A stretch of 64,000 nt of DNA from Auanema rhodensis. Taxonomy: Eukaryota > Animalia > Nematoda. This document shows, piece by piece, positions 11,601 to 25,272 of the stretch. The notes below the pieces were generated by a model. That model did not search any database and was not told where the DNA came from. It was given only the letters and a program-made list of their open reading frames with translations. The stretch lies in the NCBI GenBank assembly GCA_964057225.1, contig OZ059897.1, positions 17,608,001-17,672,000 of the forward strand, in the 5' to 3' direction. A program made the translations under genes and the position numbers. Each line of letters opens with the position of its first letter. Positions within the stretch are counted from its first letter, which is position 1.

Positions 11601-14600
11601 TATCAGTTGATATATCGGTGCATTTTTAAGCTAGCGCAAATCTGATAACACAGATCGACGCAGCTTAAAAATCCGCATCGAATGCACTATACTACATTGA
11701 GAAACGCTTGATACAAAAATTAGTTCTGATCGTTTGAAAAATGATGCATTAGTGTATGTTGAGTTTCCATGTACACTCAACATTGCTTCCAAAAACATTT
11801 TGACAAAAATTTTTTCGAAAAATTTCAAAATAATTTAGCAAAAAGTAGATGTTTTTAGATTCCTTTTTTCAAGGCAAAGACGATGGACAATGTTATTCAA
11901 CGAAAAAATTTATTCTTCAGGGTGAAAATCGAGGATATAAGTGTGAACTTATATCAGTTGATATATCGGTGCATTTTTAAGCTAGCGCAAATCTGATAAC
12001 ACAGATCGACGCAGCTTAAAAATCCGCATCGAATGCACTATACTACATTGAGAAACGCTTAATACAAAAATTAGTTATGATCGTTTGAAAAATGATGCAT
12101 TAGTGTATGTTGAGTTTCCATGTACACTCAACATTGCTTCCAAAAACATTTTGACAAAACTTTTTTCGAAAAATTTCAAGATAATTTAGCAAAAAGTAGA
12201 TGTTTTTAGATTCCTTTTTTCAAGGCAAAGACGATGGACAATGTTATTCAACGAAAAAAACAATTCTTCAGGGTGAAAATCGAGGATATAAGTGTGAACT
12301 TATATCAGTTGATATCTCGGTGCATTTTTAAGCTAGCGCAAATCTGATAACACAGATCGACGCAGCTTAAAAATCTGCATCGAATGCACTATACTACATT
12401 GAGAAACGCTTAATACAAAAATTAGTTATGATCGTTTGAAAAATGATTCATTAGTGTATGTTGAGTTTCCATGTACACTCAACATTGCTTCCAAAAACAT
12501 TTTGACAAAACTTTTTTCGAAAAATTTCAAGATAATTTAGCAAAAAGTAGATGTTTTTAGATTCCTTTTTTCAAGGCAAAGACGATGGACAATGTTATTT
12601 AACGAAAAAATTAATTCTTCAGGGTGAAAATCGAGGATAAAAGTGTGAACTTATATCAGTTGATATCTCGGTGCATTTTTAAGCTAGCGCAAATCTGATA
12701 ACACAGATCGACGCAGCTTAAAAATCCGCATCGAATGCACTATACTACATTGAGAAACGCTTAATACAAAAATTAGTTATGATCGTTTGAAAAATGATGC
12801 ATTAGTGTATGTTGAGTTTCCATGTACACTCAACATTGCTTCCAAAAACATTTTGACAAAAATTTTTTCGAAAAATTTCAAAATAATTTAGCAAAAAGTA
12901 GATGTTTTCAGATTCCTTTTTTCAAGGCAAAGACGATGGACAATGTTATTCAACGAAAAAATTAATTCTTCAGGGTGAAAATCGAGGATATAAGTGTGAA
13001 CTTATATCAGTTGATATCTCGGTGCATTTTTAAGCTAGCGCAAATCTGATAACACAGATCGACGCAGCTTAAAAATCCGCATCGAATGCACTATACTACA
13101 TTGAGAAACGCTTAATACAAAAATTAGTTATGATCGTTTGAAAAATGATGCATTAGTGTATGTTGAGTTTCCATGTACACTCAACATTGCTTCCAAAAAC
13201 ATTTTGACAAAACTTTTTTCGAAAAATTTCAAAATAATTTAGCAAAAAGTAGATGTTTTTAGATTCCTTTTTTCAAGGCAAAGACGATGGACAATGTTAT
13301 TCAACGAAAAAATTGATTGTTCAGGGTGAAAATCGAGGATATAAGTGTGAACTTATATCAGTTGATATATCGGTGCATTTTTAAGCTAGCGCAAATCTGA
13401 TAACACAGATCGACGCAGCTTAAAAATCTGCATCGAATGCACTATACTACATTGAGAAACGCTTAATACAAAAATTAGTTATGATCGTTTGAAAAATGAT
13501 TCATTAGTGTATGTTGAGTTTCCATGTACACTCAACATTGCTTCCAAAAACATTTTGACAAAACTTTTTTCGAAAAATTTCAAGATAATTTAGCAAAAAG
13601 TAGATGTTTTTAGATTCCTTTTTTCAAGGCAAAGACGATGGACAATGTTATTCAACGAAAAAATTAATTCTCCAGGGTGAAAATCGAGGATATAAGTGTG
13701 AACTTATATCAGTTGATATCTCGGTGCATTTTTAAGCTAGCGCAAATCTGATAACACAGATCGACGCAGCTTAAAAATCCGCATCGAATGCACTATACTA
13801 CATTGAGAAACGCTTAATACAAAAATTAGTTATGATCGTTTGAAAAATGATGCATTAGTGTATGTTGAGTTTCCATGTACACTCAACATTGCTTCCAAAA
13901 ACATTTTGACAAAAATTTTTTCGAAAAATTTCAAGATAATTTAGCAAAAAGTAGATGTTTTCAGATTCCTTTTTTCAAGGCAAAGACGATGGACAATGTT
14001 ATTCAACGAAAAAATTAATTCTTCAGGGTGAAAATCGAGGATATAAGTGTGAACTTATATCAGTTGATATCTCGGTGCATTTTTAAGCTAGCGCAAATCT
14101 GATAACACAGATCGACGCAGCTTAAAAATCCGCATCGAATGCACTATACTACATTGAGAAACGCTTAATACAAAAATTAGTTATGATCGTTTGAAAAATG
14201 ATGCATTAGTGTATGTTGAGTTTCCATGTACACTCAACATTGCTTCCAAAAACATTTTGACAAAAATTTTTTCGAAAAATTTCAAAATAATTTAGCAAAA
14301 AGTAGATGTTTTCAGATTCCTTTTTTCAAGGCAAAGACGATGGACAATGTTATTCAACGAAAAAATTAATTCTTCAGGGTGAAAATCGAGGATATAAGTG
14401 TGAACTTATATCAGTTGATATCTCGGTGCATTTTTAAGCTAGCGCAAATCTGATAACACAGATCGACGCAGCTTAAAAATCCGCATCGAATGCACTATAC
14501 TACATTGAGAAACGCTTAATACAAAAATTAGTTATGATCGTTTGAAAAATGATGCATTAGTGTATGTTGAGTTTCCATGTACACTCAACATTGCTTCCAA

Positions 14601-17600
14601 AAACATTTTGACAAAACTTTTTTCGAAAAATTTCAAAATAATTTAGCAAAAAGTAGATGTTTTTAGATTCCTTTTTTCAAGGCAAAGACGATGGACAATG
14701 TTATTCAACGAAAAAATTAATTCTCCAGGGTGAAAATCGAGGATATAAGTGTGAACTTATATCAGTTGATATCTCGGTGCATTTTTAAGCTAGCGCAAAT
14801 CTGATAACACAGATCGACGCAGCTTAAAAATCCGCATCGAATGCACTATACTACATTGAGAAACGCTTAATACAAAAATTAGTTATGATCGTTTGAAAAA
14901 TGATGCATTAGTGTATGTTGAGTTTCCATGTACACTCAACATTGCTTCCAAAAACATTTTGACAAAAATTTTTTCGAAAAATTTCAAGATAATTTAGCAA
15001 AAAGTAGATGTTTTCAGATTCCTTTTTTTATGGCAAAGACGATGGACAATGTTATTCAACGAAAAAATTAATTCTTCAGGGTGAAAATCGAGGATATAAG
15101 TGTGAACTTATATCAGTTGATATCTCGGTGCATTTTTAAGCTAGCGCAAATCTGATAACACAGATCGACGCAGCTTAAAAATCCGCATCGAATGCACTAT
15201 ACTACATTGAGAAACGCTTAATACAAAAATTAGTTATGATCGTTTGAAAAATGATGCATTAGTGTATGTTGAGTTTCCATGTACACTCAACATTGCTTCC
15301 AAAAACATTTTGACAAAACTTTTTTCGAAAAATTTCAAAATAATTTAGCAAAAAGTAGATGTTTTTAGATTCCTTTTTTCAAGGCAAAGACGATGGACAA
15401 TGTTATTCAACGAAAAAATTTATTCTTCAGGGTGAAAATCGAGGATATAAGTGTGAACTTATATCAGTTGATATATCGGTGCATTTTTAAGCTAGCGCAA
15501 ATCTGATAACACAGATCGACGCAGCTTAAAAATCCGCATCGAATGCACTATACTACATTGAGAAACGCTTAATACAAAAATTAGTTATGATCGTTTGAAA
15601 AATGATGCATTAGTGTATGTTGAGTTTCCATGTACACTCAACATTGCTTCCAAAAACATTTTGACAAAACTTTTTTCGAAAAATTTCAAAATAATTTAGC
15701 AAAAAGTAGATGTTTTTAGATTCCTTTTTTCAAGGCAAAGACGATGGACAATGTTATTTAACGAAAAAATTAATTCTTCAGGGTGAAAATCGAGGATATA
15801 AGTGTGAACTTATATCAGTTGATATATCGGTGCATTTTTAAGCTAGCGCAAATCTGATAACACAGATCGACGCAGCTTAAAAATCTGCATCGAATGCACT
15901 ATACTACATTGAGAAACGCTTAATACAAAAATTAGTTATGATCGTTTGAAAAATGATTCATTAGTGTATGTTGAGTTTCCATGTACACTCAACATTGCTT
16001 CCAAAAACATTTTGACAAAACTTTTTTCGAAAAATTTCAAGATAATTTAGCAAAAAGTAGATGTTTTTAGATTCCTTTTTTCAAGGCAAAGACGATGGAC
16101 AATGTTATTCAACGAAAAAATTAATTCTCCAGGGTGAAAATCGAGGATATAAGTGTGAACTTATATCAGTTGATATCTCGGTGCATTTTTAAGCTAGCGC
16201 AAATCTGATAACACAGATCGACGCAGCTTAAAAATCCGCATCGAATGCACTATACTACATTGAGAAACGCTTAATACAAAAATTAGTTATGATCGTTTGA
16301 AAAATGATGCATTAGTGTATGTTGAGTTTCCATGTACACTCAACATTGCTTCCAAAAACATTTTGACAAAAATTTTTTCGAAAAATTTCAAGATAATTTA
16401 GCAAAAAGTAGATGTTTTCAGATTCCTTTTTTCAAGGCAAAGACGATGGACAATGTTATTCAACGAAAAAATTAATTCTTCAGGGTGAAAATCGAGGATA
16501 TAAGTGTGAACTTATATCAGTTGATATCTCGGTGCATTTTTAAGCTAGCGCAAATCTGATAACACAGATCGACGCAGCTTAAAAATCCGCATCGAATGCA
16601 CTATACTACATTGAGAAACGCTTAATACAAAAATTAGTTATGATCGTTTGAAAAATGATGCATTAGTGTATGTTGAGTTTCCATGTACACTCAACATTGC
16701 TTCCAAAAACATTTTGACAAAACTTTTTTCGAAAAATTTCAAAATAATTTAGCAAAAAGTAGATGTTTTTAGATTCCTTTTTTCAAGGCAAAGACGATGG
16801 ACAATGTTATTCAACGAAAAAATTTATTCTTCAGGGTGAAAATCGAGGATATAAGTGTGAACTTATATCAGTTGATATCTCGGTGCATTTTTAAGCTAGC
16901 GCAAATCTGATAACACAGATCGACGCAGCTTAAAAATCCGCATCGAATGCACTATACTACATTGAGAAACGCTTAATACAAAAATTAGTTATGATCGTTT
17001 GAAAAATGATGCATTAGTGTATGTTGAGTTTCCATGTACACTCAACATTGCTTCCAAAAACATTTTGACAAAACTTTTTTCGAAAAATTTCAAAATAATT
17101 TAGCAAAAAGTAGATGTTTTTAGATTCCTTTTTTCAAGGCAAAGACGATGGACAATGTTATTCAACGAAAAAATTTATTCTTCAGGGTGAAAATCGAGGA
17201 TATAAGTGTGAACTTATATCAGTTGATATATCGGTGCATTTTTAAGCTAGCGCAAATCTGATAACACAGATCGACGCAGCTTAAAAATCTGCATCGAATG
17301 CACTATACTACATTGAGAAACGCTTAATACAAAAATTAGTTATGATCGTTTGAAAAATGATTCATTAGTGTATGTTGAGTTTCCATGTACACTCAACATT
17401 GCTTCCAAAAACATTTTGACAAAACTTTTTTCGAAAAATTTCAAGATAATTTAGCAAAAAGTAGATGTTTTTAGATTCCTTTTTTCAAGGCAAAGACGAT
17501 GGACAATGTTATTTAACGAAAAAATTAATTCTTCAGGGTGAAAATCGAGGATATAAGTGTGAACTTATATCAGTTGATATCTCGGTGCATTTTTAAGCTA

Positions 17601-20600
17601 GCGCAAATCTGATAACACAGATCGACGCAGCTCAAAAATCCGCATCGAATGCACTATACTACATTGAGAAACGCTTAATACAAAATTAAGTTATGATCGT
17701 TTGAAAAATGATGCATTAGTGTATGTTGAGTTTCCATGTACACTCAACATTGCTTCCAAAAACATTTTGACAAAAATTTTTTCGAAAAATTTCAAAATAA
17801 TTTAGCAAAAAGTAGATGTTTTTAGATTCCTTTTTTCAAGGCAAAGACGATGGACAATGTTATTCAACGAAAAAATTTATTCTTCAGGGTGAAAATCGAG
17901 GATATAAGTGTGAACTTATATCAGTTGATATATCGGTGCATTTTTAAGCTAGCGCAAATCTGATAACACAGATCGACGCAGCTTAAAAATCTGCATCGAA
18001 TGCACTATACTACATTGAGAAACGCTTAATACAAAAATTAGTTATGATCGTTTGAAAAATGATTCATTAGTGTATGTTGAGTTTCCATGTACACTCAACA
18101 TTGCTTCCAAAAACATTTTGACAAAACTTTTTTCGAAAAATTTCAAGATAATTTAGCAAAAAGTAGATGTTTTTAGATTCCTTTTTTCAAGGCAAAGACG
18201 ATGGACAATGTTATTCAACGAAAAAATTAATTCTCCAGGGTGAAAATCGAGGATATAAGTGTGAACTTATATCAGTTGATATCTCGGTGCATTTTTAAGC
18301 TAGCGCAAATCTGATAACACAGATCGACGCAGCTTAAAAATCCGCATCGAATGCACTATACTACATTGAGAAACGCTTAATACAAAAATTAGTTATGATC
18401 GTTTGAAAAATGATGCATTAGTGTATGTTGAGTTTCCATGTACACTCAACATTGCTTCCAAAAACATTTTGACAAAAATTTTTTCGAAAAATTTCAAGAT
18501 AATTTAGCGAAAAGTAGATGTTTTTAGATTCCTTTTTTCAAGGCAAAGACGATGGACAATGTTATTCAACGAAAAAAGTAATTCTTCAGGGTGAAAATCG
18601 AGGATATAAGTGTGAACTTATATCAGTTGATATCTCGGTGCATTTTTAAGCTAGCGCAAATCTGATAACACAGATCGACGCAGCTTAAAAATCCGCATCG
18701 AATGCACTATACTACATTGAGAAACGCTTAATACAAAAATTAGTTATGATCGTTTGAAAAATGATGCATTAGTGTATGTTGAGTTTCCATGTACACTCAA
18801 CATTGCTTCCAAAAACATTTTGACAAAAATTTTTTCGAAAAATTTCAAAATAATTTAGCAAAAAGTAGATGTTTTTAGATTCCTTTTTTCAAGGCAAAGA
18901 CGATGGACAATGTTATTCAACGAAAAAATTTATTCTTCAGGGTGAAAATCGAGGATATAAGTGTGAACTTATATCAGTTGATATCTCGGTGCATTTTTAA
19001 GCTAGCGCAAATCTGATAACACAGATCGACGCAGCTTAAAAATCCGCATCGAATGCACTATACTACATTGAGAAACGCTTAATACAAAAATTAGTTATGA
19101 TCGTTTGAAAAATGATGCATTAGTGTATGTTGAGTTTCCATGTACACTCAACATTGCTTCCAAAAACATTTTGACAAAACTTTTTTCGAAAAATTTCAAA
19201 ATAATTTAGCAAAAAGTAGATGTTTTTAGATTCCTTTTTTCAAGGCAAAGACGATGGACAATGTTATTCAACGAAAAAATTTATTCTTCAGGGTGAAAAT
19301 CGAGGATATAAGTGTGAACTTATATCAGTTGATATATCGGTGCATTTTTAAGCTAGCGCAAATCTGATAACACAGATCGACGCAGCTTAAAAATCTGCAT
19401 CGAATGCACTATACTACATTGAGAAACGCTTAATACAAAAATTAGTTATGATCGTTTGAAAAATGATTCATTAGTGTATGTTGAGTTTCCATGTACACTC
19501 AACATTGCTTCCAAAAACATTTTGACAAAACTTTTTTCGAAAAATTTCAAGATAATTTAGCAAAAAGTAGATGTTTTTAGATTCCTTTTTTCAAGGCAAA
19601 GACGATGGACAATGTTATTCAACGAAAAAATTAATTCTCCAGGGTGAAAATCGAGGATATAAGTGTGAACTTATATCAGTTGATATCTCGGTGCATTTTT
19701 AAGCTAGCGCAAATCTGATAACACAGATCGACGCAGCTTAAAAATCCGCATCGAATGCACTATACTACATTGAGAAACGCTTAATACAAAAATTAGTTAT
19801 GATCGTTTGAAAAATGATGCATTAGTGTATGTTGAGTTTCCATGTACACTCAACATTGCTTCCAAAAACATTTTGACAAAACTTTTTTCGAAAAATTTCA
19901 AAATAATTTAGCAAAAAGTAGATGTTTTTAGATTCCTTTTTTCAAGGCAAAGACGATGGACAATGTTATTCAACGAAAAAAACAATTCTTCAGGGTGAAA
20001 ATCGAGGATATAAGTGTGAACTTATATCAGTTGATATATCGGTGCATTTTTAAGCTAGCGCAAATCTGATAACACAGATCGACGCAGCTTAAAAATCCGC
20101 ATCGAATGCACTATACTACATTGAGAAACGCTTAATACAAAAATTAGTTATGATCGTTTGAAAAATGATGCATTAGTGTATGTTGAGTTTCCATGTACAC
20201 TCAACATTGCTTCCAAAAACATTTTGACAAAAATTTTTTCGAAAAATTTCAAGATAATTTAGCAAAAAGTATATGTTTTTAGATTCCTTTTTTCAAGGCA
20301 AAGACGATGGACAATGTTATTCAACGAAAAAATTAATTCTTCAGGGTGAAAATCGAGGATATAAGTGTGAACTTATATCAGTTGATATCTCGGTGCATTT
20401 TTAAGCTAGCGCAAATCTGATAACACAGATCGACGCAGCTTAAAAATCCGCATCGAATGCACTATACTACATTGAGAAACGCTTAATACAAAAATTAGTT
20501 ATGATCGTTTGAAAAATGATGCATTAGTGTATGTTGAGTTTCCATGTACACTCAACATTGCTTCCAAAAACATTTTGACAAAAATTTTTTCGAAAAATTT

Positions 20601-23600
20601 CAAAATAATTTAGCAAAAAGTAGATGTTTTTAGATTCCTTTTTTCAAGGCAAAGACGATGGACAATGTTATTCAACGAAAAAATTTATTCTTCAGGGTGA
20701 AAATCGAGGATATAAGTGTGAACTTATATCAGTTGATATCTCGGTGCATTTTTAAGCTAGCGCAAATCTGATAACACAGATCGACGCAGCTTAAAAATCC
20801 GCATCGAATGCACTATACTACATTGAGAAACGCTTAATACAAAAATTAGTTATGATCGTTTGAAAAATGATGCATTAGTGTATGTTGAGTTTCCATGTAC
20901 ACTCAACATTGCTTCCAAAAACATTTTGACAAAAATTTTTTCGAAAAATTTCAAGATAATTTAGCGAAAAGTAGATGTTTTTAGATTCCTTTTTTCGAGG
21001 CAAAGACGATGGACAATGTTATTCAACGAAAAAATTAATTCTTCAGGGTGAAAATCGAGGATATAAGTGTGAACTTATATCAGTTGATATCTCGGTGCAT
21101 TTTTAAGCTAGCGCAAATCTGATAACACAGATCGACGCAGCTTAAAAATCCGCATCGAATGCACTATACTACATTGAGAAACGCTTAATACAAAAATTAG
21201 TTATGATCGTTTGAAAAATGATGCATTAGTGTATGTTGAGTTTCCATGTACACTCAACATTGCTTCCAAAAACATTTTGACAAAAATTTTTTCGAAAAAT
21301 TTCAAAATAATTTAGCAAAAAGTAGATGTTTTTAGATTCCTTTTTTCAAGGCAAAGACGATGGACAATGTTATTCAACGAAAAAATTTATTCTTCAGGGT
21401 GAAAATCGAGAATATAAGTGTGAACTTATATCAGTTGATATCTCGGTGCATTTATAAGCTAGCGCAAATCTGATAACACAGATCGACGCAGCTTAAAAAT
21501 CCGCATCGAATGCACTATACTACATTGAGAAACGCTTAATACAAAAATTAGTTATGATCGTTTGAAAAATGATGCATTAGTGTATGTTGAGTTTCCATGT
21601 ACACTCAACATTGCTTCCAAAAACATTTTGACAAAAATTTTTTCGAAAAATTTCAAGATAATTTAGCAAAAAGTAGATGTTTTTAGATTCCTTTTTTCAA
21701 GGCAAAGACGATGGACAATGTTATTCAACGAAAAAATTAATTCTTCAGGGTGAAAATCGAGGATATAAGTGTGAACTTATATCAGTTGATATCTCGGTGC
21801 ATTTTTAAGCTAGCGCAAGTCTGATAACACAGATCGACGCAGCTTAAAAATCCGCATCGAATGCACTATACTACATTGAGAAACGCTTAATACAAAAATT
21901 AGTTATGATCGTTTGAAAAATGATTCATTAGTGTATGTTGAGTTTCCATGTACACTCAACATTGCTTCCAAAAACATTTTGACAAAACTTTTTTCGAAAA
22001 ATTTCAAGATAATTTAGCAAAAAGTAGATGTTTTTAGATTCCTTTTTTCAAGGCAAAGACGATGGACAATGTTATTCAACGAAAAAATTAATTCTTCAGG
22101 GTGAAAATCGAGGATATAAGTGTGAACTTATATCAGTTGATATCTCGGTGCATTTTTAAGCTAGCGCAAGTCTGATAACACAGATCGACGCAGCTTAAAA
22201 ATCCGCATCGAATGCACTATACTACATTGAGAAACGCTTGATACAAAAATTAGTTATGATCGTTTGAAAAATGATGCATTAGTGTATGTTGAGTTTCCAT
22301 GTACACTCAACATTGCTTCCAAAAACATTTTGACAAAAATTTTTTCGAAAAATTTCAAAATAATTTAGCAAAAAGTAGATGTTTTTAGATTCCTTTTTTC
22401 AAGGCAAAGACGATGGACAATGTTATTCAACGAAAAAATTTATTCTTCAGGGTGAAAATCGAGGATATAAGTGTGAACTTATATCAGTTGATATCTCGGT
22501 GCATTTTTAAGCTAGCGCAAATCTGATAACACAGATCGACGCAGCTTAAAAATCCGCATCGAATGCACTATACTACATTGAGAAACGCTTAATACAAAAA
22601 TTAGTTATGATCGTTTGAAAAATGATGCATTAGTGTATGTTGAGTTTCCATGTACACTCAACATTGCTTCCAAAAACATTTTGACAAAAATTTTTTCGAA
22701 AAATTTCAAAATAATTTAGCAAAAAGTAGATGTTTTTAGATTCCTTTTTTCACGGCAAAGACGATGGACAATGTTATTCAACGAAAAAAACAATTCTTCA
22801 GGGTGAAAATCGAGGATATAAGTGTGAACTTATATCAGTTGATATATCGGTGCATTTTTAAGCTAGCGCAAATCTGATAACACAGATCGACGCAGCTTAA
22901 AAATCCGCATCGAATGCACTATACTACATTGAGAAACGCTTAATACAAAAATTAGTTATGATCGTTTGAAAAATGATGCATTAGTGTATGTTGAGTTTCC
23001 ATGTACACTCAACATTGCTTCCAAAAACATTTTGACAAAAATTTTTTCGAAAAATTTCAAGATAATTTAGCAAAAAGTAGATGTTTTTAGATTCCTTTTT
23101 TCAAGGCAAAGACGATGGACAATGTTATTCAACGAAAAAATTAATTCTTCAGGGTGAAAATCGAGGATATAAGTGTGAACTTATATCAATTGATATCTCG
23201 GTGCATTTTTAAGCTAGCGCAAATCTGATAACACAGATCGACGCAGCTTAAAAATCCGCATCGAATGCACTATACTACATTGAGAAACGCCTAATACAAA
23301 AATTAGTTATGATCGTTTGAAAAATGATGCATTAGTGTATGTTGAGTTTCCATGTACACTCAACATTGCTTCCATAAACATTTTGACAAAAATTTTTTCG
23401 AAAAATTTCAAAATAATTTAGCAAAAAGTAGATGTTTTTAGATTCCTTTTTTCAAGGCAAAGACGATGGACAATGTTATTCAACGAAAAAATTTATTCTT
23501 CAGGGTGAAAATCGAGGATATAAGTGTGAACTTATATCAGTTGATATATCGGTGCATTTTTAAGCTAGCGCAAATCTGATAACACAGATCGACGCAGCTT

Positions 23601-25272
23601 AAAAATCCGCATCGAATGCACTATACTACATTGAGAAACGCTTAATACAAAAATTAGTTATGATCGTTTGAAAAATGATGCATTAGTGTATGTTGAGTTT
23701 CCATGTACACTCAACATTGCTTCCAAAAACATTTTGACAAAAATTTTTTCGAAAAATTTCAAAATAATTTAGCAAAAAGTAGATGTTTTTAGATTCCTTT
23801 TTTCAAGGCAAAGACGATGGACAATGTTATTCAACGAAAAAATTTATTCTTCAGGGTGAAAATCGAGGATATAAGTGTGAACTTATATCAGTTGATATCT
23901 CGGTGCATTTTTAAGCTAGCGCAAATCTGATAACACAGATCGACGCAGCTTAAAAATCCGCATCGAATGCACTATACTACAATGAAAAACGCTTAATACA
24001 AAAATTAGTTATGATCGTTTGAAAAATGATGCATTAGTGTATGTTGAGTTTCCATGTACACTCAACATTGCTTCCAAAAACATTTTGACAAAAATTTTTT
24101 CGAAAAATTTCAAAATAATTTACCAAAAAGTAGATGTTTTTAGATTCCTTTTTTCAAGGCAAAGACGATGGACAATGTTATTCAACGAAAAAAACAATTC
24201 TTCAGGGTGAAAATCGAGGATATAAGTGTGAACTTATATCAGTTGATATATCGGTGCATTTTTAAGCTAGCGCAAATCTGATAACACAGATCGACGCAGC
24301 TTACAAATCCGCATCGAATGCACTATACTACATTGAGAAACGCTTAATACAAAAATTAGTTATGATCGTTTGAAAAATGATGCATTAGTGTATGTTGAGT
24401 TTCCATGTACACTCAACATTGCTTCCAAAAACATTTTGACAAAAATTTTTTCGAAAAATTTCAAGATAATTTAGCAAAAAGTAGATGTTTTTAGATTCCT
24501 TTTTTCAAGGCAAAGACGATGGACAATGTTATTCAACGAAAAAATTAATTCTTCAGGGTGAAAATCGAGGATATAAGTGTGAACTTATATCAGTTGATAT
24601 ATCGGTGCATTTTTAAGCTAGCGCAAATCTGATAACACAGATCGACGCAGCTTAAAAATCTGCATCGAATGCACTATACTACATTGAGAAACGCTTAATA
24701 CAAAAATTAGTTATGATCGTTTGAAAAATGATTCATTAGTGTATGTTGAGTTTCCATGTACACTCAACATTGCTTCCAAAAACATTTTGACAAAACTTTT
24801 TTCGAAAAATTTCAAGATAATTTAGCAAAAAGTAGATGTTTTTAGATTCCTTTTTTCAAGGCAAAGACGATGGACAATGTTATTCAACGAAAAAATTAAT
24901 TCTTCAGGGTGAAAATCGAGGATATAAGTGTGAACTTATATCAATTGATATCTCGGTGCATTTTTAAGCTAGCGCAAATCTGATAACACAGATCGACGCA
25001 GCTTAAAAATCCGCATCGAATGCACTATACTACATTGAGAAACGCTTAATACAAAAATTAGTTATGATCGTTTGAAAAATGATGCATTAGTGTATGTTGA
25101 GTTTCCATGTACACTCAACATTGCTTCCAAAAACATTTTGACAAAAATTTTTTCGAAAAATTTCAAGATAATTTAGCGAAAAGTAGATGTTTTTAGATTC
25201 CTTTTTTCAAGGCAAAGACGATGGACAATGTTATTCAACGAAAAAATTAATTCTTCAGGGTGAAAATCGAGG

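Noticed and set aside
399-11828. Six identical 65-aa minus-strand ORFs (MKFFEKIF...)
   Set aside because: They appear only in monomers where variants 127G and 143C remove stop codons. All other copies are closed, and the product has no recognisable motif.
24019-24210. 63-aa plus-strand ORF (MKNDALV...)
   Set aside because: It depends on a private TAG>TAC change at about 24123 and a TTG start, and occurs once.
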